Assembly: GCA_965246885.1 (NCBI GenBank)
Contig: OZ251992.1
Location: 2,624,001-2,688,000 of the forward strand
Reading direction: 5' to 3'
DNA from: Abditibacterium sp.
GTDB lineage: Bacteria; Armatimonadota; Abditibacteriia; Abditibacteriales; Abditibacteriaceae
DNA length: 64,000 nt
The notes below the pieces were generated by a model that was not told the origin of the DNA, made no database searches, and saw nothing but the letters and a program-made list of their open reading frames with translations. The position numbers and the translations under genes were made by a program. Each line of letters opens with the position of its first letter. The first letter of the stretch is position 1. Of the stretch, positions 1-8,954 are shown piece by piece.

Positions 1-502
1 CTATCTCCAGTCGGCGCTGGTCGCCATACGGTAGCCCGCGCGCCGTGTCGTCCGCCCGCGCGCCTAAGCCGAACACGGACAACAGCCGCGCCGTCTCGTC
101 GTTTATCGCGCTCTCGACCCGCCCCATCCGCCCCGTTTGCAACAGCGCATCCCAAAAGCCGTAACTCTGGTGGCTGGCGAACGCCGCGCGCACGTTATCG
201 GCGACCGATAAATCGCCAAACAGCCGGATATTCTGAAAAGTCCGCGCAATGCCCCGCTTCACGAGCGCGCTGGGCCGCGTCGTTTTCCCGCTCGACGCCA
301 CGCGTTGCCCATCCAGCCAAATCTCGCCCGAAGTCGGCGCGTAAACGCCCGTCAACAGGTTGAACACCGTCGTCTTCCCCGCCCCATTCGGCCCAATGAT
401 GGCCGCCAATTGCCCGCTCGGCAACGCAAACGAAAGCGGCGCGACGGCGCGCAAGCCGCCAAAGGTAATGGAAGCGTCTTTGAGTTCGAGAACGGGAGTC
501 AT
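1..502 (-). CDS. livG: Branched-chain amino acid ABC transporter ATP-binding protein (LivG-like), 3' end outside window
   Basis: Manual translation from ATG at 502: MTPVLELKDASITFGGLRAV...IIGPNGAGKTTVFNLLTGVYAPTSGEI...GIARTFQNIRLF...LPYGDQRRLEI; Walker A and LivG-type motifs. Confidence 0.9.
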   Translation of the reverse strand, partial: MTPVLELKDASITFGGLRAVAPLSFALPSGQLAAIIGPNGAGKTTVFNLLTGVYAPTSGEIWLDGQRVASSGKTTRPSALVKRGIARTFQNIRLFGDLSVADNVRAAFASHQSYGFWDALLQTGRMGRVESAINDETARLLSVFGLGARADDTARGLPYGDQRRLEI

Positions 503-543
503 AAATGCAAGAGGCGCTGCAACTTGCTGTCGCAACGAGAAAC

Positions 544-741
544 CTAACGCGGCCTTTTCAACACCGCAATCAATTGTGTCGAATACCCGTTCTTTGTCGG
601 GATGTTCGTAGATACCAACTCCCATCCCTCAGCGCCCAAAAGACTCAAAGGTTCGTCCAGTAATTCCGGTTTGAAGTCTTTAACGCCGAGCCAATTTTCG
701 TCGAAAGCCACAACGACGCTCTTATATTCCCATTTCTGCAT
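544..741 (-). CDS. Small DUF4177-like protein
   Basis: MQKWEYK...LSLLGAEGWELVS...VLKRP pattern; AAGGAGG RBS upstream. Confidence 0.8.
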   Translation of the reverse strand: MQKWEYKSVVVAFDENWLGVKDFKPELLDEPLSLLGAEGWELVSTNIPTKNGYSTQLIAVLKRPR

Positions 742-753
742 GGCGGTTCCTCC

Positions 754-1365
754 TTACGTCTGCTTCTCGCCGCGCGCAAGCACCACTAAACCCGTGCGAA
801 CGAGTTCCAGTATCTCGTAAGGCGCGAGCATTTTGGTCACGGCGTCCACTTTGTCGGCTTTGCCGGTGACTTCGAGCATCATGGTTTGCGGGTCAACGGC
901 GACGACTTGGGCGCGGAAAAGCTGGGCGATTTGCGCGACTTCGGCGCGGGTTTGGGCCGTTTCGACGCGCACCTTAATCAGCGACAGTTCGCGGCCCACG
1001 AGGTCGTCGGTGGTGTGGTCAATGACTTTGATGACGTCTATCAGCTTGAGAAGTTGGTTGCCAATCTGACGAAACGCCTCGTCGTCGCCTGCAACGACGA
1101 CGGTGATGCGCGAAACGGTGTGGTCTTCGGTGCGCGAGACGGCGAGCGATTCGAGGTTGAAGCCGCGCCGCGCGAAAACGTGGCTAACGCGCGCGAGAAC
1201 GCCGGGGCGGTTCTCCACAAGGATAGAAAGGGTATGCAGCTTTTCGTTGCCGCTCATGACGTTCACGCCTGCCGCCGAGATGATGGTGGGCACGCCGTTT
1301 TGCAGTTCCAAACCCGGCGCTTGGGCGGGGATATTCGAGACGGTCGTTCCGTTTTGTTGGCTCAT
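754..1365 (-). CDS. ilvN: Acetolactate synthase small (regulatory) subunit
   Basis: HTLSILVENRPGVLARVSHVFARRGFNLESLAV ACT domain; C-terminal ELVRTG; N-terminal extension, so true start could be later. Confidence 0.93.
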   Translation of the reverse strand: MSQQNGTTVSNIPAQAPGLELQNGVPTIISAAGVNVMSGNEKLHTLSILVENRPGVLARVSHVFARRGFNLESLAVSRTEDHTVSRITVVVAGDDEAFRQIGNQLLKLIDVIKVIDHTTDDLVGRELSLIKVRVETAQTRAEVAQIAQLFRAQVVAVDPQTMMLEVTGKADKVDAVTKMLAPYEILELVRTGLVVLARGEKQT

Positions 1366-1436
1366 AATGGATTCCAGAAGGCGTCAGTGTTCCAATTTCC
1401 CGGCGGGGCGCGGCGTTGTGGGCGAGGAGACGCAAC

Positions 1437-3500
1437 TCATGCCGGCATCAGTTGGTGCCCGGTGCGGCCTTGCCAGCCGTCTATCAGAAGCCAGAAGAGC
1501 ATCATTGCCACGTCGCCCAGCGCCAGACCGAGGAAGAAGGGCGTCGTGCGGCGCACCGTCTCGTGCCCTCCGTATTTGGACAGCAGCACTTTGCAGCCCC
1601 AGCCAATGAAGATCGAAAACCAGAAGTGCCACAGAGGATACGTGAACGCCATGATGTAGCCAATGGGATGGAGCGGGAACCAGCCAAAGCGCGAGCGCGC
1701 CAGCACCATGCCCAGCGTCAAGAGCATGCCAACTGTCATCCATACCCACGCGTTTAGGTCGGGGCTTTGCGACAGGCTCGCGTAGTTCGACACGTTGCCT
1801 GCCAAGCAATGCGGCCCCCAATCCGACAGCCAGCGCCCCAACCCCAGCCCGCCCGTCTCGTAGCCCAAGCGCACGTTCATGGCGAACGACATCACCAGAC
1901 CAATGCCGATAACGACCCCCAACAGCGCCAAGAGCGGGCGGGCCGCGATGCCCCGGTCGTGCGCCAGCTTGAAACTTTGCACGAACGAGGGCATCAGGCT
2001 CCCGCGATAATCTTGGATGGTGGCGTATTCCGTCACCGCCGCCGGATACAAGCCGTGCGCGGGCGAAATCCAAGAGTGCGGCCCCGCGCCAAGCAAACCC
2101 ATCAGGCTGCCCAATGGCATCCACGAATGGTGGACGAACAATAGGCCCCCTTCGGCCACCACGCGCGACAGCACAACGGCGATGATGAGGTAGCTCGTCC
2201 ACAGCAGAACCGACACGGGCCAACTCATCCCCGCCGCGATGCCCCACGCGACCATCAGCCCAAACGACGCCCAAAACCCCCAAAACGCGACGGGATACGG
2301 CAACGCCTCGCGCTTCTCGCCGCGCCGCGCCACGTCGCGGCCCACTGCGCGGCGCGCGATGTGCCCCAGATGCCGCCGCGCCGTCCAGAAGATCAGCCCC
2401 GCATACGCGAGGTTGGCGCCCACCTCCTGATACCCCAGAAACACCGGCGCATTCCCGCCAGTCATGTGCGGCAGTGTGTTGGGCATGTAGCCCAGCCCGT
2501 AAGACGCGAGCAATTGGAACTTTAGCAGCCAATAGAAGAACCACAGCGACAGCGAAACTTCGGTCGTCAGCAAAAACGTGATGCCGATGGCCACCGGGTA
2601 AATAAACAGCGTCGCGGTGCCCATCTGGTTCCAAGGCGCTTCCGAGAAGTAGGGCGCCATGTCGAGAGACATATTGAGCGACGGCACATCGGGGAAATAC
2701 ACGTGCAAGCCGTTGAGCAGTTGGATGCTCGCCGCCACGCCGAACCCGCCCCACATCGCCGGGGTACTGAAGAAGGAGGGCAAGCGGCCCGTGCCGGTGC
2801 CCTCGGTCATTTCGAGGGGCAGCTTAAGCAGAGGAAACGCGAGCGCTTCGTTGTCGCCCCACTGCGCGCGAAGCATGACGCTCATACACATCATCATCGA
2901 AAACGCCGCCACGAAAAACAACCCCCACGCGAGGAGCGGCACCAGCCACGCGCCCCAAGGAATTGTCCCGCCCGGCGGAAGGCCGTTATACCAGCCCTCG
3001 ACAACCGCACGATTATACGAGCCGTGCGGCCCCAGCGCGGGCGTATACCAAGGCGGCAACCCCTTGAGCAAGTCGAACCACTTGTTTTCGCGCGTCGCGT
3101 AGTAGAAGGAGCCAATAATGAACGAGACGAAGTAGTTGTTGCCCCCCATTCCCGGCACGAGCGTCGAAAACAAGCACGACAGGTAAACCGTCAGCGTCTC
3201 GTTGCGCTCCAACACGGCACGACGCGACAGCCCGCGCAATATCGGGTTGATGACCACAACCAATAGCAGAAGCGCCATGATCGCTCCCGGCGGCAAGTGC
3301 GTCGCACCCAAATAGGTGTTGGTCAGTTTGTAGTCAATGACCGGAATCGCCCAACCGAAAAACAGCGCCAACAAGAGGGACAACACCACCACGCGCCCCG
3401 TGACACCGCGCGCGCGTTTTGAAAGCGCCTCCTCAAGGGGCACTGCCGGGTTATTGGGCGCCAAAAGCGCTGATGGGGGAGAACTGCTTGGTGAGTTCAT
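1437..3500 (-). CDS. Large polytopic membrane protein (DUF6785/DUF6784-like, putative transporter)
   Basis: Many TM segments; QWGDNEALAFPL, RVVAEGG, WFPLHPIGY, PFFLGLALGD motifs; start taken at MNSPSS. Confidence 0.75.
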   Translation of the reverse strand: MNSPSSSPPSALLAPNNPAVPLEEALSKRARGVTGRVVVLSLLLALFFGWAIPVIDYKLTNTYLGATHLPPGAIMALLLLVVVINPILRGLSRRAVLERNETLTVYLSCLFSTLVPGMGGNNYFVSFIIGSFYYATRENKWFDLLKGLPPWYTPALGPHGSYNRAVVEGWYNGLPPGGTIPWGAWLVPLLAWGLFFVAAFSMMMCMSVMLRAQWGDNEALAFPLLKLPLEMTEGTGTGRLPSFFSTPAMWGGFGVAASIQLLNGLHVYFPDVPSLNMSLDMAPYFSEAPWNQMGTATLFIYPVAIGITFLLTTEVSLSLWFFYWLLKFQLLASYGLGYMPNTLPHMTGGNAPVFLGYQEVGANLAYAGLIFWTARRHLGHIARRAVGRDVARRGEKREALPYPVAFWGFWASFGLMVAWGIAAGMSWPVSVLLWTSYLIIAVVLSRVVAEGGLLFVHHSWMPLGSLMGLLGAGPHSWISPAHGLYPAAVTEYATIQDYRGSLMPSFVQSFKLAHDRGIAARPLLALLGVVIGIGLVMSFAMNVRLGYETGGLGLGRWLSDWGPHCLAGNVSNYASLSQSPDLNAWVWMTVGMLLTLGMVLARSRFGWFPLHPIGYIMAFTYPLWHFWFSIFIGWGCKVLLSKYGGHETVRRTTPFFLGLALGDVAMMLFWLLIDGWQGRTGHQLMPA

Positions 3501-3638
3501 TTGGAAGTCAAAGCGTCGGTAGTCTCCCACTTCTTCCTCTTGCGCACGCCCGATAGCGCACGCAAGGCGCCGCGCGCGTAAAATAAGAGGGCCTCGCCCT
3601 TCCCGGCGCGGGCGCATCTTCGCCGCTTTCTTCACACC

Positions 3639-4361
3639 ATGATGCACAAAATACTGGGACTGGGCGCCGCCGCGCTTTTTGGCTTTTGGGGCGCGCTCCA
3701 TCTCCGCGCCTCAGCCGACTCGCCTTGGCACACGCTCCGCAACGGCGTGCAGGCGCGTGAACTGGCCCGCTCGTCGCGCGGCTTCTCCGTTTCGATTCAT
3801 GCTTTTCGCGCGCCCGCGTCCGCCTTTCGCGTGGCGGGCCGTCATTACCTGAGCGCCGCTGACTGGCTTCGTCAAACCCGCGCCCGCGTCGTCGTTAACG
3901 GCGGCTACTTCGACGGATTGGGGCGCCCGATGGGTCTGCGGGCGGGCCGCAACACGGCGCCCTCGAAACTGCGCCGCGCGGACTGGGGTGTCTTCTGGAT
4001 CAAGAACGGCGTCGCGCACCTGTGCCACACCCGCGACTTTCCCGCCAATGCCCGCCCCGACGAGGCCGTTCAGTGCGGCCCGCGCTTGGTCGTTGGCGGA
4101 CGTCCGACCGACCTCAAGCCGCAATGGGCGCGGCGCACGGGCGTCGGCATTGACCGCCGGGGACGCGTGGTGTTAGCCGTGTGTGATGGGGAATTGTCGC
4201 TGGACGAATGGGCCAAAGTGTGGGCGTCGCCGTCTGGCTTGGACTGCCCCGATGCACTCAATATGGACGGCGGCCCCTCAACCCAACTCGCCGTGCGCGG
4301 CGAGCCAAGTTTAACAGTCGAGGGCGGCTGGCCCGTTCCCGACGTGCTGGCGTTTAAGTGA
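3639..4361 (+). CDS. Phosphodiester glycosidase (NAGPA-like) family exported protein
   Basis: Signal peptide; VNGGYF, QCGPRLV, RRTGVGI, ALNMDGGPST motifs. Confidence 0.85.
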   Translation: MMHKILGLGAAALFGFWGALHLRASADSPWHTLRNGVQARELARSSRGFSVSIHAFRAPASAFRVAGRHYLSAADWLRQTRARVVVNGGYFDGLGRPMGLRAGRNTAPSKLRRADWGVFWIKNGVAHLCHTRDFPANARPDEAVQCGPRLVVGGRPTDLKPQWARRTGVGIDRRGRVVLAVCDGELSLDEWAKVWASPSGLDCPDALNMDGGPSTQLAVRGEPSLTVEGGWPVPDVLAFK

Positions 4362-4373
4362 GGAAGCCGCGCC

Positions 4374-4468
4374 GTCGCGCTCGCCCTACTGCGCGGTCTC
4401 GGACCACAATACCTTTATCAAAGTAACGTTTATCCGTTGGTCGCGCTCGCCCTACTGCGCGGTCTCGG
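4374..4468. repeat. 29-bp perfect direct repeat pair separated by a 37-bp AT-rich spacer
   Basis: GTCGCGCTCGCCCTACTGCGCGGTCTCGG at 4374-4402 and 4440-4468. Confidence 0.9.
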
Positions 4469-4805
4469 CGAGTTCGGCGCCGCGCGTGGCGTCTTCCTCT
4501 TCGGCTTTGAGGGCGCGCTTGAAAGCGCGGCGCAGTTTGTCTTCGCTGACGGGTTCCTGAACGCGGTTGAGGCCGTTGATGGTGACGACGGGGATGTGGT
4601 CGTTGAGCTTGGCGGCGACGAGGGGGTCGTCATCTATGTTGATGCGCTCGACCCAGAAGTCGAAATCGCCGTGCAAGGTGTTGAGCAGGTGCGCGGCGTC
4701 GTTGCAAAGGTGGCAGCCGGGCCGCCCATACAAGCGGACGTGGAGCGGCTGGGTGAGGTCGAAGACATCGGCGTGCGAGGCTGGCGAGGGCGTGGTAGAA
4801 GGCAT
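4452..4805 (-). CDS. Glutaredoxin-like protein (DUF836-like)
   Basis: LYGRPGCHLCNDA CxxC motif; IPVV cis-Pro region. Confidence 0.85.
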   Translation of the reverse strand: MPSTTPSPASHADVFDLTQPLHVRLYGRPGCHLCNDAAHLLNTLHGDFDFWVERINIDDDPLVAAKLNDHIPVVTINGLNRVQEPVSEDKLRRAFKRALKAEEEDATRGAELAETAQ

Positions 4806-4829
4806 AGCGTGAGTGGCCCCAAAGGACGC

Positions 4830-5540
4830 CTATTTTGCGGGCGCGGCGTCCAAAACTTTAACCGCCGAAAGTGTATCTCCGAGCGCAAGTTTGGCGGCGA
4901 TTTCCTTTCCATCCACAATTTTGCCAAACACCGTGTATTGCCCGTCGAGGAAATGATCCTCGCCCTGCGTGATGTAGAACTGGCTACCCGCCGAGTCGGG
5001 GTCTTGGGCGCGCGCCGCCGCGATAACGTAGCGGTCGTGCTTCAAATCGGAAATTTCGAGCGGCACGTTATACCCCGGCCCGCCCAAGCCCGCGAAGTCG
5101 TTTGTTTTGGCGTCGGCAGAAAGCGGGTCGCCGCCTTGGATGATCTGCCCTTTGCCGTCGCCGCTCAAGTCGGCTTGGCGGTGGAAATGGGTGCCGTCGT
5201 AGAACCCCTTGCCCGCGAGATAGATGAACGACTTGACGGCAAGCGGCGCTTTGGTGGCGTCCAATTCGAGGGTGAATTTGCCCGCCGTCGTTTGCATTTC
5301 GACGCGCGGATGGTCGGCGACTTTGAAGTCGGCGGGCGGGGGCGCGAGAGCGACCTTCTTCATCGCCGCGATGTAAGCGGCGTTGACATCCGCCGGAGCC
5401 GCGTCGCCAAGGGTCGGCTCGACGACTTTGTAGGTCTTAGCGGGCGCGTTGGTTGCGGGTTTGGCGTGGCGCGCGTGGGCGGCTTGGGGCAGGCTCAGGG
5501 CGCACGCGAAGGCGGCGCCCAGAAGAAAAGGTCGAATCAT
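4830..5540 (-). CDS. Exported cyclophilin-type peptidyl-prolyl isomerase
   Basis: Signal peptide; GFYDGTHFHR, IIQGGDP, SAGSQFYIT, LDGQYTVFG. Confidence 0.92.
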   Translation of the reverse strand: MIRPFLLGAAFACALSLPQAAHARHAKPATNAPAKTYKVVEPTLGDAAPADVNAAYIAAMKKVALAPPPADFKVADHPRVEMQTTAGKFTLELDATKAPLAVKSFIYLAGKGFYDGTHFHRQADLSGDGKGQIIQGGDPLSADAKTNDFAGLGGPGYNVPLEISDLKHDRYVIAAARAQDPDSAGSQFYITQGEDHFLDGQYTVFGKIVDGKEIAAKLALGDTLSAVKVLDAAPAK

Positions 5541-5591
5541 GCGACATTGGGACAACCTCGCACCACAAAAGTCGCGCCCCTTACGCCCAAA

Positions 5592-5906
5592 TTACGCGGT
5601 GTAAGTATTGTCCACGAGAGGCGCGCTAAGAGACGAGGGGCCAATGGGGATGCCCGGCCCGCGCGAGTAACGCTCGGTTCCGTAGCACTCGCGGCAAGTG
5701 ATACCCGCGATAAATTGGGGCATGGTGCGCAAAGTTTTGCCGCATTGCACGCACCGGGGGCGCGCGACAACCGGGGCGGCAGGGGCCTCGCGCAGTTCGG
5801 GTTGCAGCAAATCGGGGCAGGCAGAGGGTGTAGTGGTGGGTGCGACTGCGCCCGAAGCGGCGCGGCTATGATTGACAACCAATTTGGCCATGATAATGGG
5901 ATTCAC
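5592..5906 (-). CDS. Small hypothetical protein with possible zinc ribbon
   Basis: CVQC...CREC pairs; lies in the same-strand gene run. Confidence 0.5.
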   Translation of the reverse strand: MNPIIMAKLVVNHSRAASGAVAPTTTPSACPDLLQPELREAPAAPVVARPRCVQCGKTLRTMPQFIAGITCRECYGTERYSRGPGIPIGPSSLSAPLVDNTYTA

Positions 5907-6084
5907 TCCACGAAACAGTGGCCGAAAAGCGCCGGTTTGATGACAGGCGCGCGAGGCGATGCGGTCAAAGCCCCGCGTTCGGTTGCGAGCGAGTATACCC
6001 CTCCTTGGCCAATTCTAAACCATTTGCCAGATTAAATTCAGGTTAACTGCCCCGGCCCCGCGAGCCGGCAAAAGCACGTGAAGC

Positions 6085-6252
6085 AATGGTTCATCGGCAG
6101 AAGCCAAGCGTTGGCGCGGCTCTCTCAACGACTGAAAGAGCCGCGCCGATGATTGAGCGGGTAAAATCAGTCGTTGAAAGAGCTGCGCCGATGATTGATT
6201 TATGCGGGCCGACGGTTCACGCGACTCTTTCAATGGTTCATTTGGCTGGTTC
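6085..6252. repeat. Degenerate 21-bp tandem array (8 units)
   Basis: Units begin AATGGTTCA/AAGCGTTGG/AACGACTGA/GATGATTGA/AGTCGTTGA/GATGATTGA/GACGGTTCA/AATGGTTCA at exact 21-bp steps. Confidence 0.75.
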
Positions 6253-8820
6253 AACGAGCGCCACAGCCATGCGGTTCGGGTCGAGATAGCGTTGCGCGGC
6301 GGCGCGGACTTGGTCGTTGGTCACGGCGTTGATGCGAGCGGCATAGGTGGCCGCGTCGCGGATGCCCAAGCCCAGTAGTTCCGAGGAAGCGAAGTCGCGC
6401 GCTTGTTGGTCGGGCGTTTGGAGTCCGATGGCGTGTGTGGCGACGCACATCGTTTTGGCGCGCGCTAACTCTTCGGGCGAGAAACCGCCGTCGCGGGCGC
6501 GAACTACCTCTTCGCCGATGATGGCCCGCGCGCGTAGCCGGTTAGCGGGCGTCGAGGCGGCGTAAAGCACGAACATCCCGGTCTCTATTCCCGGCCAGTC
6601 GAAGGCGTTGGCGTCATACACCAGTTGCTCCTCGCGGAGCCTACCGAAAATGCGGCCCCCCGGAAGCCCTGCGCCCGATAAACCGGAGTCCAGCACGTCC
6701 AAAGCGAAGCGGTCGGGGTCGCCGATTTTGATGCCGGAAAAGCCGATGAACTGCGCCGACTGGACGATACCTTTTTGATAGTAGGTACGCCATGTGGCAT
6801 TAGAAAGCGCGACCGTCGCGGGAGGCGCTTTAGATGCGGGGGCCGCTGCGCGGAAGGAGCCGAACAGTTGCCGTGCGAGCGCCGCGACTTGCGCGGGCGA
6901 AATGTCGCCCACGACGGACACGACGGTAGATTTGGGCTGCAAAACGCTGTTCCGATAGGCCACGACATCCTCTCGGCGGATGGAACGGACGCTCTGCGCG
7001 GTGCCGTTTTGCGGGCGACCGTAGGGGTGGGAGCCGAACACGAGCCAGCGCAAAAGTCGTCCGGCGGCGGCGGTCGGGTCGTCGTCTTGAACCGCGATGC
7101 CCGCGAGCGTTTGGGCTTTGATGTTGGCTAACTCGGCGTCGGGGAAAGTCGGGCGCAGCGTGCAATCGGCCACAAGCGTTAGTCCGCGCCGCCAGTCGGT
7201 CGCCAGCCAACTCGACGCGACGCCCCACGAGTTGTAACCCGAAAACCCATTGAGGGAGCCACCCAAGTTTTCGATGGTCTCGTTGAGTTGCCCCGCGCTT
7301 TGCCCCGCCGCGCCGCGCGTTAGGAGTTGCGCCGCGACATTCGCCACGCCCGCTTTATTCGGGTTTTCGAGGCGCACGCCGCCCAGTCCCGTCACGACAA
7401 TCGAAACTGTCGGCGCGCTCGTCGTGCGCTTGACAACGAGGCGCACGCCGTTGGGAAGCGTAATCAGTTGGGCGTTCGATGGGGGCAAGGCGCTCGCCGC
7501 TTTGGAGAGTTTTGTGGGCGCGATGGGCGGATGAACCGCCGCGACGGTGAGGCCATCGGCGCGCAGATATTGGCGGGAGACGGCTTGGATTTGGGCTGCC
7601 GTCACTCCTTGAATGCGCTCGACATAGGAGGCCGAAAAGTCGGGGTTGCCAGTCCCCATTTCGTCGAGGGCGGCGCTCTCCGCCTCGTTTTCGACGCCCT
7701 GTTTGTTGAAGATATACCGCGCGCGAATGGCGGTTTTGGCGCGCGCCAACTCGCTGGCCGTAACGGGCGCCTCGCGGACGCGCTCGATTTCGCGCCCAAT
7801 CGCCGCTTCGACGCGCGCTTGCTTGGCGGGTTCGAGTTGGGCCGAGACCGTGAACGTTCCGGCATCGTAGTTGGGCGTATCGGACGCGGCGGAAATGTCG
7901 GAGACGAGGTTTTGGTTGTCCCGGAGCGTGCGCACCAAGCGCCCAGTTTGGCCCCCGCCCATGATTTGCGCGAGAACATCGAGCGCATACAAGTCGGGCG
8001 ATTGCAAGGGCACGGTGTGCCAGCCAACTTGCAAGTAGGTCGCGCCGATTTGCTTGGTTTGCTCGGCGCGGCGGGGGGCGATTTGGCGCGGCTCCCCGGC
8101 CAAGGCGGGCGTGTGCGCGGCGCCGCGCGGCCAGTCCCCAAGCTCCTTGGCGACGGCCTGCATTATGGCGGTGTCGGACACGTCGCCCGCGACGCTCAAG
8201 ACGGTGTTTTCGGGGGTGTAGTGGTCGTGATAATAGCCGAGGATGTCGTCGCGCGACAGGGCATCGAACTGCGCGCGAAAGCCAATCACCGGGAAGCGCG
8301 CGGGGTGGACGCGAAAGGCGGTGGCTTGCCACAGTTCGGAAACGGCGGTGGCGGGGTCGTCCTCGCCGATGTTCATCTCGTTGTGAATGACGCCCTGCTC
8401 TTGCCGGACGCGCGCGTCGGGAAAATTGGCCCGCCGCATCATGTCACCGAGGACATTCAGCGCCCGCCCGAAGTAGGGCGCCGCCGTCGTAACATGATAG
8501 GCAGTCACGTCGGTGGAGGTGTAAGCGTTCGAGACACCGCCGATGGCTTGCAGTTCGTCGTCTATCTGCGGCCCGGTGCGCGTTGTCGTGCCCTCAAACA
8601 GGGTGTGTTCAAACAGGTGCGACAAACCGGCGCCCAGATACTTGTCCTCGTAAATCGAACCCGTCCGCACGTAAAACCGAACCGCCACAACGGGCGCGCT
8701 CGTATCCCCGCGCGTCAAGACGGTGAGGCCGTTGGGCAAGACGTGCTTATTTGTATTGGGCGCGGCGACGGCGGATGTGGCGCCAAGCAGGAGGGCGAGA
8801 AAAAGGGTAAGGCGGGACAT
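6238..8820 (-). CDS. M16 family zinc protease (two fused M16 units), exported
   Basis: Signal peptide; inverted zinc motif HLFEH; SNAYTS; second M16 unit lacks HxxEH. Confidence 0.93.
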   Translation of the reverse strand: MSRLTLFLALLLGATSAVAAPNTNKHVLPNGLTVLTRGDTSAPVVAVRFYVRTGSIYEDKYLGAGLSHLFEHTLFEGTTTRTGPQIDDELQAIGGVSNAYTSTDVTAYHVTTAAPYFGRALNVLGDMMRRANFPDARVRQEQGVIHNEMNIGEDDPATAVSELWQATAFRVHPARFPVIGFRAQFDALSRDDILGYYHDHYTPENTVLSVAGDVSDTAIMQAVAKELGDWPRGAAHTPALAGEPRQIAPRRAEQTKQIGATYLQVGWHTVPLQSPDLYALDVLAQIMGGGQTGRLVRTLRDNQNLVSDISAASDTPNYDAGTFTVSAQLEPAKQARVEAAIGREIERVREAPVTASELARAKTAIRARYIFNKQGVENEAESAALDEMGTGNPDFSASYVERIQGVTAAQIQAVSRQYLRADGLTVAAVHPPIAPTKLSKAASALPPSNAQLITLPNGVRLVVKRTTSAPTVSIVVTGLGGVRLENPNKAGVANVAAQLLTRGAAGQSAGQLNETIENLGGSLNGFSGYNSWGVASSWLATDWRRGLTLVADCTLRPTFPDAELANIKAQTLAGIAVQDDDPTAAAGRLLRWLVFGSHPYGRPQNGTAQSVRSIRREDVVAYRNSVLQPKSTVVSVVGDISPAQVAALARQLFGSFRAAAPASKAPPATVALSNATWRTYYQKGIVQSAQFIGFSGIKIGDPDRFALDVLDSGLSGAGLPGGRIFGRLREEQLVYDANAFDWPGIETGMFVLYAASTPANRLRARAIIGEEVVRARDGGFSPEELARAKTMCVATHAIGLQTPDQQARDFASSELLGLGIRDAATYAARINAVTNDQVRAAAQRYLDPNRMAVALVEPAK

Positions 8821-8830
8821 GATTTAATTT

Positions 8831-8940
8831 CAAGCGAATAAATTCGCAGCCAGCAGCATCGTCGGCCTTCGCCGACGGACTTCCAAGTTACCGCGTCGGC
8901 GAAGGCCGACGATGCTGCTGGCTGCGAATTTATTCGCTTG
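8831..8940. repeat. REP/REPIN-like perfect inverted repeat, 47-bp arms
   Basis: 8831-8877 is the exact reverse complement of 8894-8940; each arm holds two internal hairpins. Confidence 0.92.
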
Positions 8941-8954
8941 GATAATATGGCGCA

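Noticed and set aside
4374..4468. CRISPR array call
   Set aside because: Only two repeats, no GAAAC-type end, no leader or cas genes; kept as a repeat
4437..6035. 532-aa plus-strand ORF
   Set aside because: Antisense shadow of three minus-strand genes; common in high-GC DNA
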